A stretch of 64,000 nucleotides of DNA from Betaproteobacteria bacterium (GTDB taxonomy: Bacteria > Bdellovibrionota_B > Oligoflexia > Silvanigrellales > Silvanigrellaceae): contig VGHE01000008.1 in NCBI GenBank assembly GCA_016868315.1, positions 25,888 to 89,887 of the forward strand. The letters are read 5' to 3'. Position 1 is the first letter of the stretch. Each line of letters opens with the position of its first letter. The notes under the pieces were generated by a model that saw only the letters and a program-made list of their open reading frames with translations, was not told the DNA's origin and did no database searches. Shown one piece after another: positions 1-12,115 of this stretch. The position numbers and the translations under genes were made by a program.

Positions 1-1252
1 CAACCTTCTCAAGCCAGCCACCAAAACCCAGTAAGCGTTCATTGTGGGACATCCAACTCAAACACAGCCGCGCTGTGGCATCCAAATCAAGGGGAAAGCG
101 CACAAATCCATTCGGCTCTCCTGATGTCACTGCCAAACTCGAGCCCAGCGCGAGAGTCATTGAGAGAATCCGCTCGGGGGGAAGGAGCGAAGGAAACGAG
201 ATATCCTGGGGCTGCAAAGGATTATTGTTAGGATCGTGGAGAACACCAGCAACCCGACCAGATTGGCTCGGGTTGGTGAAGTAAACCTGATACAGTGTGT
301 CGAGACCGGTAGGCTCTTGCCAAGAGCCATCCGCCTTTTTTGCCCGACGCGCAGTGCTGTGAACAATCACATTTGATGGAATCTCGATTCTACCCTTCAA
401 GCGTGAATCAAATCCCTGGAACGCTTGGTAGACCCTATCAGGATCCGGGAGGAAGAAATCATCCGAAAGAGTTGCAAATAGAGCGTCGAAATTCTCAATA
501 TTGCGCAACTGTGAAACAAATTTAAAAAACAATTTTCTGCGCTGCTGGGGCTCACTTAAGAGCAAGAGACTAGAGTTGCTCTCAATGAATCTATTCCAAG
601 AATCCTGGTGTGTGAGATGGTTATTGGAAAAATTATCGCTCTGGCTGCGAAAGAGTTTGAAAATCTTGTTTTGAACCTGAATGAGATCCTGGCGTCCATC
701 AGCCGCCATTTTCTGGCGAGTCTGCAGAAGTGCATCTGCCAAATCAGCTGGCGTTACTCTTATGGCATCTGCAAATTTCGACCACAAAGCACCCACCATC
801 CGCTCGCGCATCCGGAAGTTGGGCTGCCGCAGCACCTCAGAAAAATCGGCAGTTCGAAAAAAATCAATCACCAAAACAGCCTGCCCAATGATTGATTCAA
901 GATGAGCAATTGCATCGGTGGGCTTTGCACGTATGAAGCCGTTGCGCGCACCGGCCACAAGGACATCAAAAGAATCGATGAAGGCCAATGGAGAGTTGAA
1001 ACGAGGCAGGAACAACACAGAGTCAATCACCTGCCCACTTGCCGCAAGCAATTGCGCTGCAAAATACGGCTCAAAAGACCCAGCCTGAGCCAAAGAACGG
1101 TTCTCAACGAGGGCCCGTGCAACGCTCGCCACAATAGCTCCACTCGAACCACCCGAAGCAAACACGGGCTCGGTTCGACTCTCCAGGAGCGCAATGAGCG
1201 CAATGCACTGCGTGAGGCACTCGTAAAATAAACTGCAGCCTGATGCTCTCAA
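1..1252 (-). CDS. Patatin-like / GxSxG serine lipid hydrolase; C-terminus lies beyond the window edge, start uncertain
   Basis: My own reverse-strand translation gives a stop-free frame of about 420 codons from 1264 to position 1. It is absent from the ORF track because it has no stop inside the window. The N-terminal 'CLTQCIALIALLESRTEPVFASGGSSGAIVAS' resembles the patatin helix plus GxSxG nucleophile elbow. There is no in-frame ATG; the first candidate start is TTG at 1252. Confidence 0.5.
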   Translation of the reverse strand, partial: MRASGCSLFYECLTQCIALIALLESRTEPVFASGGSSGAIVASVARALVENRSLAQAGSFEPYFAAQLLAASGQVIDSVLFLPRFNSPLAFIDSFDVLVAGARNGFIRAKPTDAIAHLESIIGQAVLVIDFFRTADFSEVLRQPNFRMRERMVGALWSKFADAIRVTPADLADALLQTRQKMAADGRQDLIQVQNKIFKLFRSQSDNFSNNHLTHQDSWNRFIESNSSLLLLSEPQQRRKLFFKFVSQLRNIENFDALFATLSDDFFLPDPDRVYQAFQGFDSRLKGRIEIPSNVIVHSTARRAKKADGSWQEPTGLDTLYQVYFTNPSQSGRVAGVLHDPNNNPLQPQDISFPSLLPPERILSMTLALGSSLAVTSGEPNGFVRFPLDLDATARLCLSWMSHNERLLGFGGWLEKV

Positions 1253-1473
1253 GGCAGCGATAGCTCAGAATTGTGTGGATTGAACACTCAATTTGCACTC
1301 ACATTTTCAGCATCTTACATTATATTTTGCAATGAAGTTCACAAATATTGCGCATTAGAGAGCCCATCAACCTAATCACAAAAGGCTACACTTGGAAGAT
1401 GAGTTTGAGTTTGGCTATATCGTTTTGAACTCTTGCATCCCTGAGACCGCAATATTTTAGCCAAAGGTACATT

Positions 1474-4245
<2,772 letters not shown>

Positions 4246-4255
4246 ACTTTTTTGT

Positions 4256-5479
4256 TCAGGGCTTGTATATTTCCATTCCACGCATGGGTCCAGAGCTTCT
4301 TCCCGGAATTTCTGGGGTGTTAGTCAGCCCACCAATGAAGAGCAGACTTCCCTGGGAAAGTGGAGTTGCCGTGTGGCCCCATCGCGCGCGCTGCATTTTC
4401 GCAGCACTCAAGCAGTTGACGTCGTCTGCTGTGATAAAGCTACAGCGCTCACTGTCTGCAAGCGGAACTCCGTTTTCAACACCACCCGCAACGAGAAAAG
4501 TTCCATCCTGCAAAAGACTCAGGCTGTGCATTGAACGTGCACGCAGAGTATATCCAACCCTGGCAATCGAACGCTCAACCACATCTAAAACCTCAACAAC
4601 ATTTGAGCCCTTCACAAAGTCACTCAACCCGCCTGCAATTAACACACGCCGAGCATCAAGGCGTGTCGCCGTGTGGTAAATCCGGGGTGCAGTCATTTTC
4701 AATTTCACGTTCGAAAACTGCAGTGAGGGAACATCGAACAACTCAATGGAACCCAGAAATGGAGCTGCACTTTCGCGTTCTGATTCACTCGGGGTCGTCT
4801 CACCACCAACAATGGCAACCGTGTGCTCATTGACCAGGGTTGCCGTGTGATTTGCACGAGGTATTTCTAATCGAGCATCGAGAAGTCTGAAACTGCCCTG
4901 GAGGGGATCGTAAATTTCTACGGAGTCCTGGGGCTCGTTGGAATCCGTTCCTCCGAAGACCAAGATTCGACCATCGGGCAGCGCAACCGATGCATGGCCA
5001 CTGCGCTCCTTCATCATTTCGGATCCGGGAGTAAACGTATTGGTTGTAGGATCGAAAATATCGGTAGTGGAAATAGCAGTTTCAAAGTCTGTTGAGCCAC
5101 CCATGAAAAGAATGCGGCCATCAGACAATTTCGCGTGAGTTGCAGCACTGCGCAAGGTCGACATCTTCTGCCCTGCAAAGCGTACCCGCTGATCGGAGAT
5201 TTTCAGTACCTCTGAGCTATTCTCTCCACCAAAGTCACCCCAGGCTCCGCCCGCCACCAACACACGACCGTCGTTCAGAAGCTCTACATTGTGTCCGGAG
5301 CGGCCATAAGTGAGCAACTGTGGCAGTTTTACAAACCGCCCGTCATTCGAAACTCTCCTTTGCACAATATCCGCGAATGCAGAGATCGGTTGCAAGACAA
5401 AAAGAAGTGTCAACAAGAAAACCTGAGTCACTCTTTTTCCCGGAGGGTTACTCATGTGAATACGGATTTTCGCTGTCAT
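4256..5479 (-). CDS. Secreted Kelch-repeat beta-propeller protein
   Basis: Repeated 'DGR(I/V)L(V/F)xGG' blades and a signal peptide 'VTQVFLLTLLFVLQPISAFA'. I prefer the ATG at 5479 because it overlaps the upstream gene's stop as TAATG; the ORF track extends to a TTG at 5488. Confidence 0.7.
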   Translation of the reverse strand: MTAKIRIHMSNPPGKRVTQVFLLTLLFVLQPISAFADIVQRRVSNDGRFVKLPQLLTYGRSGHNVELLNDGRVLVAGGAWGDFGGENSSEVLKISDQRVRFAGQKMSTLRSAATHAKLSDGRILFMGGSTDFETAISTTDIFDPTTNTFTPGSEMMKERSGHASVALPDGRILVFGGTDSNEPQDSVEIYDPLQGSFRLLDARLEIPRANHTATLVNEHTVAIVGGETTPSESERESAAPFLGSIELFDVPSLQFSNVKLKMTAPRIYHTATRLDARRVLIAGGLSDFVKGSNVVEVLDVVERSIARVGYTLRARSMHSLSLLQDGTFLVAGGVENGVPLADSERCSFITADDVNCLSAAKMQRARWGHTATPLSQGSLLFIGGLTNTPEIPGRSSGPMRGMEIYKP

Positions 5480-6018
5480 TACTGACAAACAGCCTCAAAT
5501 GCGACCTGATCGACCCAGCTTCCAAACATCACACCCAAACGCTGCGAATAGTCGAATTTGATTTTTCCGGAGTTAATGTCGAATTCCACCTCGTGCAGCG
5601 CAATTTGACCCTTCCTCGAATTTTCAGGGTATTGTGTGCGGTGGCTTTCCATGAAGAGCTGTGAACCATTAAATTCAACAACACTGTAATCCATGGGTGA
5701 ACGAAAATTATGCCTTCCGTTGGGGCTATTGAATGTGTAGTGGACCTTCATTCCTGCGGCATTGGTGTAACTAAAGTTACTGAAATACCAGGGAATCAAA
5801 TCTCCTCCAAATGCACCCCCGCTTTTCTTCACCACACTCAAGCAAATTTCAATGTCGCGTAGTTCTGCACCCGTGACAAAATCGGTTGTGCTTGTAATTT
5901 TGCATGATTTGATAAGGCTATTCTTACTCTGTTCGCCACTCGTACAGGGTGATGCAAAAACTGTTGCTGGAAGAAAAACTGAGAGGATCGCTAAAGCAAA
6001 ACGACTCGACAATTTCAT
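5479..6018 (-). CDS. Hypothetical exported protein
   Basis: ATG at 6018 is preceded by GAGGTG 5 nt upstream. It encodes signal peptide 'MKLSSRFALAILSVFLPATVFASP'. No family recognised. Confidence 0.55.
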   Translation of the reverse strand: MKLSSRFALAILSVFLPATVFASPCTSGEQSKNSLIKSCKITSTTDFVTGAELRDIEICLSVVKKSGGAFGGDLIPWYFSNFSYTNAAGMKVHYTFNSPNGRHNFRSPMDYSVVEFNGSQLFMESHRTQYPENSRKGQIALHEVEFDINSGKIKFDYSQRLGVMFGSWVDQVAFEAVCQ

Positions 6019-6194
6019 AAATTCACCTCGACCTAATTTTGTACATATAGTTACGAAGTAGATTAGATTTGTCAAATTTCAGTGCAGTTCAATCCACAAA
6101 TGAACAAAAGAATTTGAAAAAATTCAGTAAGCTCGGCTCAGAAGGAGCTCTGTAAACCTATCGAGTTCTGTAGCTCGAGCTTGTACCGTTCAAT

Positions 6195-7211
6195 TTATTT
6201 CGATGCATCCTCATTGAATGATGTTAGCTCTGGTAGGCCAGTCATTTCCAGAATAGCTTTTCCCTTGAGGTAACCTGCGTAGGGTGCTGCTCCCTTCAGC
6301 TGGCTGTAAGAGAGCTTCGGAACTGATGCAGAAAAGGTCGTCAATGCGGTGCATTCCGAGGCCGATTTTGCTGCAAGATCCCCTGCGCCCGCACACAAGG
6401 TCACCTCAGCATCATTACACTCTTGAGCCGTGGCATCATTGCCACCGCCCGTTCCAGCCTCATGGAAGCGCCCAATACCGGACACAAGTGTTGAGGAAGC
6501 CTTAAGACGCACACCGCAGCCGAGACCGGAGTTTGGCTCCTCGGAGTCATTGATGCCGTTCATGCGACCCGTTCCGCCCACAGCCATTTCAAAATTGGAG
6601 CTCGCTTTATCACCCAGAATGTACATCCAAGAGCTGTGCTGCTTTGCAGTGTCTGTGACAGATGGTTTGGGAAGCACGATCTGCCACACTTCTGCCTTGG
6701 TGCTTGCGTCGTCGACTTTTCCAAGCACAACCATTGTGGGAATGGTGTCGTCACCGGCCTTCTGCAACTCCGCAACGTAGGAAAAACCATCCTTGCGCCC
6801 AAAAAGGACAGTGAGAGTACCTCCACCTGATTGCGACATAACCTCTTTGCACGAAAACCAAAAAGACGCGCTTCCGGTCAGTGTGTTGCTGCTATCGGGC
6901 AAGCCACTCAGAGCCCATTGTTTGGCAGATTCGGTCACGCACTTACGCGGAGAATCTTGATGACGCGAATCGAGCTCGGCAAGTCTGCCATCGACCATCT
7001 TTAAGCGGTACATAAAATCCGTTGGACCTGGACTGAAAATACGGCTCTTCACCTCTGCAAGTTCCTGACCTGCCGCAGCCAAACCCAGCCCGGAGGTCAA
7101 GCTTGAAGCAGCTGAACCAGAAGCAAGACCTGTCGGAGCACTTGCTTTCACAGGAACAAGAAGCTGACCCAATCCAATAGGACTACCTTTGACTTGGACT
7201 TCTTGCCGCAC
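6195..7211 (-). CDS. Hypothetical exported protein; N-terminal lipoprotein signal appears to be encoded out of frame upstream (ATG 7282)
   Basis: 338-aa ORF beginning at a GTG with no signal peptide. The adjacent frame encodes 'MLLRNSTSVATVVCFSVLDAGVLSCG' starting at 7282. Confidence 0.5.
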   Translation of the reverse strand: MRQEVQVKGSPIGLGQLLVPVKASAPTGLASGSAASSLTSGLGLAAAGQELAEVKSRIFSPGPTDFMYRLKMVDGRLAELDSRHQDSPRKCVTESAKQWALSGLPDSSNTLTGSASFWFSCKEVMSQSGGGTLTVLFGRKDGFSYVAELQKAGDDTIPTMVVLGKVDDASTKAEVWQIVLPKPSVTDTAKQHSSWMYILGDKASSNFEMAVGGTGRMNGINDSEEPNSGLGCGVRLKASSTLVSGIGRFHEAGTGGGNDATAQECNDAEVTLCAGAGDLAAKSASECTALTTFSASVPKLSYSQLKGAAPYAGYLKGKAILEMTGLPELTSFNEDASK

Positions 7212-7484
7212 GACAACACACCAGCATCAAGAACGGAAAAACAAACGACAGTCGCAACAGAGGTAGAATTTCTCAAAAGCATGGCAACACTCCGCATTCA
7301 ATGTGGTTTGAAAGACAATAATCGGAACCCACAAATCATTCAAAGTGATTTTGAGAAATAGCAGGGAAGTCAAAATATCGAGCCTTTATAGGGCGCAAGA
7401 TCTCGCGCGGAAGCAAATGCCCCTCACGCAGATGAGCCTCCCGCGCTTGCGGTGATGACTTGTTTCAGTTCAATAAACGAGCGC

Positions 7485-8870
7485 CTAGCCACGCACTCCG
7501 CTGCGCTGCTGGGAACCGGAACCACCTGGGCGTGATTGCGATCCGCCCTGGCGCTGCTGAGATCCACCCTGGCGAGGTTGAGATCCGCCCTGGCGAGGTT
7601 GAGATCCGCCCTGGCGAGGTTGAGATCCGCCCTGGCGCTGCTGAGATCCACCCTGGCGTGAGTTGCCTCGCGCGCCCCTGTTTTGCTGTTGAACGGGTGG
7701 ACGCATTTTCGAGTTTTGCGCTCCATCGGAGTGGAACGGTTGATCTAAGACAACCGGAACAGACTTCTTGATAACTTTTTCAATCAGTCTCAGGTAAGCA
7801 ATTTCCTCGGCTTCACAAAAAGAAATAGCCACGCCTGAAGTACCCGCGCGTGCCGTACGGCCAATGCGATGAACATAAGTTTCGGGCTCATTCGGAAGCT
7901 CGTAGTTAATCACATGAGTGATTTCGTCCACATCTATACCACGTGCTGCGATGTCGGTTGCAATCAGTGCACGGAGCCGACCCGCTTTAAAATCACTGAG
8001 CGCGTTCTGGCGTGCGGACTGCGATTTGTTGCCGTGAATGGCTTTCGAAGCGACTCCAGCCTGAGCAAGAAACTCGGCCACTTTGTTGGCACCGTGCTTG
8101 GTGCGCGTGAAAATTATGACCCGCTTTAACGCCTTGTCTGCGAAAAGGTGGGCGAGTAACTCGCGTTTCTGAGCCTTGTCTACGAACATAACACTTTGCT
8201 GAATGAGTTCAGCCGTAGACGATGGCGGTGTTACCGCAACCTTAACGGGGTTCACCAAAATTGCGTTCACAAGCCTATCAGTTTCGGGAGCCATGCTCGC
8301 CGAGAAAAGCAAGTTGTGACGTTTTTTTGGTAGCAGTGCGAGAATCTTGCGAATGTCGTGAATGAAGCCCATGTCGAGCATGCGATCTGCTTCATCGAGC
8401 ACAAATGCATCAACCGCATCCAATTTCACATATCCCTGGCTCAAAAGATCGAGAAGACGTCCCGGCGTTGCAACCAACACATCAGCACCGGCGCTCAGGC
8501 TCTGCACCTGGGGAACCTGACTGACACCTCCAAATGCCAGCGCCAATTTGACGCGGAGCGATGCACCGTAGGTTTGAAAGCTCTCGTGCACCTGAATGGC
8601 AAGTTCACGCGTTGGAGTCAGAACCAGCACGCGCACATGCTTTGGAACAAGACGTTTTGGATTTTCAACCAGGGTCTGCAGCAACGGCAGAGAGAATGCT
8701 GCCGTCTTGCCTGTTCCCGTTTGGGCAATACCAAGCAGGTCTCTGCCCTCAAGCAAATGGGGAATAACCTGTTTTTGTATGGGAGTCGGATGCACATACC
8801 CACTGCGCTGCACAGATTTCAGCAACGGTTCAATCAGCTTGAGGTCGGCAAAAGTTGAATTGGTGTTCAA
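7485..8870 (-). CDS. rhlE: DEAD-box ATP-dependent RNA helicase, RhlE-like, with a repetitive Gly/Ser/Gln/Arg tail
   Basis: Motifs 'AQTGTGKT', 'DEAD' and 'HRIGRTARAG'. Candidate starts are TTG 8870 (AAAGGA 7 nt upstream) or TTG 8900 (ORF track); there is no ATG. Confidence 0.85.
   Translation of the reverse strand: MNTNSTFADLKLIEPLLKSVQRSGYVHPTPIQKQVIPHLLEGRDLLGIAQTGTGKTAAFSLPLLQTLVENPKRLVPKHVRVLVLTPTRELAIQVHESFQTYGASLRVKLALAFGGVSQVPQVQSLSAGADVLVATPGRLLDLLSQGYVKLDAVDAFVLDEADRMLDMGFIHDIRKILALLPKKRHNLLFSASMAPETDRLVNAILVNPVKVAVTPPSSTAELIQQSVMFVDKAQKRELLAHLFADKALKRVIIFTRTKHGANKVAEFLAQAGVASKAIHGNKSQSARQNALSDFKAGRLRALIATDIAARGIDVDEITHVINYELPNEPETYVHRIGRTARAGTSGVAISFCEAEEIAYLRLIEKVIKKSVPVVLDQPFHSDGAQNSKMRPPVQQQNRGARGNSRQGGSQQRQGGSQPRQGGSQPRQGGSQPRQGGSQQRQGGSQSRPGGSGSQQRSGVRG
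7519..7665 (-). repeat. Seven tandem 21-bp units inside the rhlE 3' end, encoding (GGSQ[QP]RQ)n
   Basis: Forward-strand unit 'gatccgccctggcgaggttga' and close variants were read directly. The repeats are in frame and give 'GGSQQRQGGSQPRQGGSQPRQGGSQPRQGGSQQRQGGSQSRP'. Confidence 0.9.
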
Positions 8871-8941
8871 AGAGAATCCTTTATTATCGGTTGGTAGCAA
8901 TTCGAGGCGCTTGCCCCGAATGCTTTCAGGATAACGAATTT

Positions 8942-10426
8942 TCAGCGTGTTGAAAGTCCACGAGCACGAGGTGCTGCTAAAACACTCGCCTCACTTGCTT
9001 TCACAGACAGGTTCTTGATTTTGATGGCAGCCAGGCGCTTCAGAACACTTTGCGCATGCGCTTCTGCCACTTCAATATGTGTAAAATGATCAAATATAAA
9101 AATTCCACCCACGTCATCGCGGCTCAAACCAAGTTGCTGGGTCAGAGCACCCAAAATATCGCCCGGGCGAAGCTTGCTCGATTTTCCACGATTGATGTGA
9201 ATTTTCGTAAACTCGCGCACCGCTGCAGCTACTACGCTCTGAGAAGTTGTCGAGCTCGAGGCAATAGCTTCCGCGGGCTTAAAAACACTGAGCCGAATAT
9301 CAGTCCCAATGAGTAAGTCTGAGAGAAATTTTTTCGACTGCGCAGTGCACAAACTAATTGTCCACCCACTTCTACCGGCGCGCCCGGTGCGCCCGGAGCG
9401 GTGCAGATACTCCTGCTGCGTTGAGGGAAGCTCAAAATGAACGACCACCGAAAGTTCAGACACGTCGATTCCTCGGGCTGCCAGATTAGTGGCGACGAGA
9501 TACTTAATTCCACCCGACTTGAAGTGCCTCAGGATCGTAGCTCGTTCGATTTGTCCGAGTTCTCCCGACAATCCCACCGCTGACAATCCCTGAGCTTGAA
9601 GAAACTCTGCGACCTTCTGCACTGACTCTCGGGTCTCACAAAACACAATCCCAGATTGAGTTTCTGACGCAATGTGTCCCAGCAGTTCTCCGAGCGCCTC
9701 GATGCGCCCTATACCGGCTGGAACGAGAGAGACTTGATGCAGTGCAACCGGGTTCTGTGAGCCGGAATAACTGCCGATGCTCAATGCATCGCTCGTCCGC
9801 ACATCGACGCGCGTTCCGCGGTGCACCAGACGATTTTGTAGTCGGCTTTGCCCCTCTGATTCGGTGGCAGAAAACAGAGCTGCTTGAACGCGATTTGGCA
9901 GGCGATCGCAGATCATTTTGACCTGTGCCTCGAACCCCATGCCCACCATGAGGTCGGCTTCATCTAAGACAATCGCCTTCAGTGAAGATATCTTGAGAAC
10001 CTCTTGCTCAATCAATTCGAGAGCACGCCCTGGAGTTGCAACAACTACAGCTGGGTTCTTCAGAATCTCTGCCTTTTGGGTTTCTGCCTTTTGTCCACCA
10101 AACACACCGCGCACCTGTAAATGCTTCCCATCGCTCTGGACGAGGCATTGAGCGACTTGGGTGGCAACTTGTGCAATTTGAGCGCCCAATTCGCGCGTAG
10201 GAGCGAGCACGAGCAACTGCGTGGTTGCCTCAGCTGCATTCAGGCGCTCCATCAAGGGAATAAGAAACGCGAGTGTCTTACCGGAGCCTGTGGGAGAAAG
10301 CGCAAGCACCGACTCACCACGCGCCAAAATCTGTATCGCTTCCTGCTGGATTGGAGTTGCGTTCTGAAAACCGAGAGATTTCAAAACAGGATGAAGCTGG
10401 GGCGGGTCAATAATGTCAAGAGTCAT
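8942..10426 (-). CDS. dbpA: DEAD-box RNA helicase with C-terminal DbpA-type RNA-binding domain
   Basis: Motifs 'SPTGSGKT', 'DEAD', 'SAT' and 'HRSGRTGRAG'. The C-terminal 'INRGKSSKLRPGDILGAL...GGIFIFDHFTHIEV' is DbpA-domain-like. Confidence 0.8.
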   Translation of the reverse strand: MTLDIIDPPQLHPVLKSLGFQNATPIQQEAIQILARGESVLALSPTGSGKTLAFLIPLMERLNAAEATTQLLVLAPTRELGAQIAQVATQVAQCLVQSDGKHLQVRGVFGGQKAETQKAEILKNPAVVVATPGRALELIEQEVLKISSLKAIVLDEADLMVGMGFEAQVKMICDRLPNRVQAALFSATESEGQSRLQNRLVHRGTRVDVRTSDALSIGSYSGSQNPVALHQVSLVPAGIGRIEALGELLGHIASETQSGIVFCETRESVQKVAEFLQAQGLSAVGLSGELGQIERATILRHFKSGGIKYLVATNLAARGIDVSELSVVVHFELPSTQQEYLHRSGRTGRAGRSGWTISLCTAQSKKFLSDLLIGTDIRLSVFKPAEAIASSSTTSQSVVAAAVREFTKIHINRGKSSKLRPGDILGALTQQLGLSRDDVGGIFIFDHFTHIEVAEAHAQSVLKRLAAIKIKNLSVKASEASVLAAPRARGLSTR

Positions 10427-10714
10427 CGGGGTACCTGCGGCCTGAGAGTCCGACGAGGTACGTAGAGAGTTTTACTGGCAAAAGATACCTCTATTTTGAC
10501 CGAAGTGAGGTTTCAGTGGGGGCATCGGATCGTTTTCAGTCTCCTTGTATTCATTCAAAAAATGAATCTTAGGATATTCTTTTTTTGTCTATTCAGGCGA
10601 GCATTGAGCATGTCTAAAAACGATAACATTCCAAAATTAATGATAAATATACCTTGGCACACCCCCTGCTTCCCAGCTCCTTGTGAGGATTAACTCACGA
10701 GCAAGGAGACTTCC

Positions 10715-11224
10715 ATGGTTAGAAAACTCTGTGCAACTCTAACAGCACTACTTTCGCTCGCCACATTCAATGGAGCACTGGCACATGGAAGCGATAACCC
10801 GTCGCAAGACGTTCGCAGCCTTCAGGGCCCTTACATCGCGATCAAGCCACCCGTGTTACTTTCCGCGGGCATTGATGTCGGAACCTACGCGGGCGAAAGC
10901 ATGGCCTACGGCTTCACAGCTGATATTGATTCATACGTTGTTATGGCGACAGTATTTGCTGGCCCTTATGTAAGATTCTACAACGGCAACAGCTTCTATT
11001 TTCAAAGCGCCTTGGGAATCGGCTCGAACAGCCGCTACCGTAAGTTGCTCAGTGCCGAGCTCCACGGCACCATCGGAAACGAATGGCTGTTTGATTCAGG
11101 CTTCATCATTGGCGGCGAATGGATTGGCATTAAGATGGCTAAAAGCATCGAGGGGGGCGAAACCTTCAGCGACAAGTTTGTCATCCCAACGCTGCCCAAG
11201 CTGCGCATCGGATACTCTTGGTAA
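10715..11224 (+). CDS. Small exported protein, probable outer-membrane beta-barrel
   Basis: Signal peptide 'LTALLSLATFNGALA', alternating hydrophobic strands and a C-terminal aromatic 'IGYSW'. AAGGAG lies 6 nt upstream of the ATG. It is paralogous to the 3' part of 19164..20119. Confidence 0.6.
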   Translation: MVRKLCATLTALLSLATFNGALAHGSDNPSQDVRSLQGPYIAIKPPVLLSAGIDVGTYAGESMAYGFTADIDSYVVMATVFAGPYVRFYNGNSFYFQSALGIGSNSRYRKLLSAELHGTIGNEWLFDSGFIIGGEWIGIKMAKSIEGGETFSDKFVIPTLPKLRIGYSW

Positions 11225-11257
11225 GCTTCAAGAACTCAATGACAGGAGCAAGCCCCC

Positions 11258-11986
11258 TCAGCAGGGCTCGCATTTCAACATCCAGTCGACAGATGCGGCA
11301 ACATGAGTTTCAATGAGGTCAACCAGAGCAATCGAATTCCGGTGAGCAAGCGTTCGTGCACGCCATTCCCTGTCTTTTACCAATAAACCAATTTCTGTGC
11401 AGCCGAGCACAATTGTGTCAGCACCTTTTTCAGCAAGGTGATCAAAGCAGTGCTCGAAGAGAACTCGGGTTTCATCCTTGAACTCTCCATGCACGAGTTC
11501 TTTGTAAATTGCTCTCGCTATTTTTGTAAAATGAGGCTCATCGGGGGTCTTAATGATAAACCCAGCTTTCTCATATTCCTCGCGGTAGCGTTGGTCGCCC
11601 ATGGTATAGCGTGTTCCGACGAGTCCGACACTTTGTGCGCTCAAGTTCCTCAGACGCATGAACAGGGCGTCATAGAGGCTCACATGCTCCAAGCCAATTT
11701 CATTTTGAATGTAATCTCCAAGCCAACTGAGTGTATGTGAAGCAACAATCAAACCTTCGCAGCCTGCAGACTTGAGTCGTTCTCCCTCAGCGAGAAATGC
11801 TTGCTTCAGCGCATTCGAATCTTCGGCTTTCTGCCACTCAAGGAGCTCAGAAAAGTCAAGGCTGGAAAGAACGAGTTTTGCGCTATGAGTTGAACCCAGG
11901 CGCTGCGAGACACCCTGATTGAGAAGCCTGTAGTATTCGATGCTGGAGTGCCAACTGACACCCCCTATGATTCCAAGTTTTCTCAT
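11258..11986 (-). CDS. Asp/Glu racemase family protein (YgeA-like amino-acid racemase)
   Basis: 'MRKLGIIGGVSWHSSIEYYRLLN' and 'VLGCTEIGLLV' closely parallel E. coli YgeA. By that comparison I prefer the ATG at 11986 over the one at 11995. Confidence 0.8.
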   Translation of the reverse strand: MRKLGIIGGVSWHSSIEYYRLLNQGVSQRLGSTHSAKLVLSSLDFSELLEWQKAEDSNALKQAFLAEGERLKSAGCEGLIVASHTLSWLGDYIQNEIGLEHVSLYDALFMRLRNLSAQSVGLVGTRYTMGDQRYREEYEKAGFIIKTPDEPHFTKIARAIYKELVHGEFKDETRVLFEHCFDHLAEKGADTIVLGCTEIGLLVKDREWRARTLAHRNSIALVDLIETHVAASVDWMLKCEPC

Positions 11987-12115
11987 ATCAGCCATTCACC
12001 GATAAAGTATTGAAGAGATTTTTCCGGACTCTGTGCTTTCCAATGAGATACAAATGAATTTATTATATCAGCAGCGTATCAATCAGCGCTAGTTACAATT
12101 GAAAGCATACGTCAA

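Noticed and set aside
7519-7665. A regular 21-bp repeat array that at first glance could be a CRISPR-like or minisatellite locus
   Set aside because: The units are contiguous with no spacers. They are in frame within the RhlE-like ORF and translate to a coherent GGSQxRQ tail. No cas genes are present.
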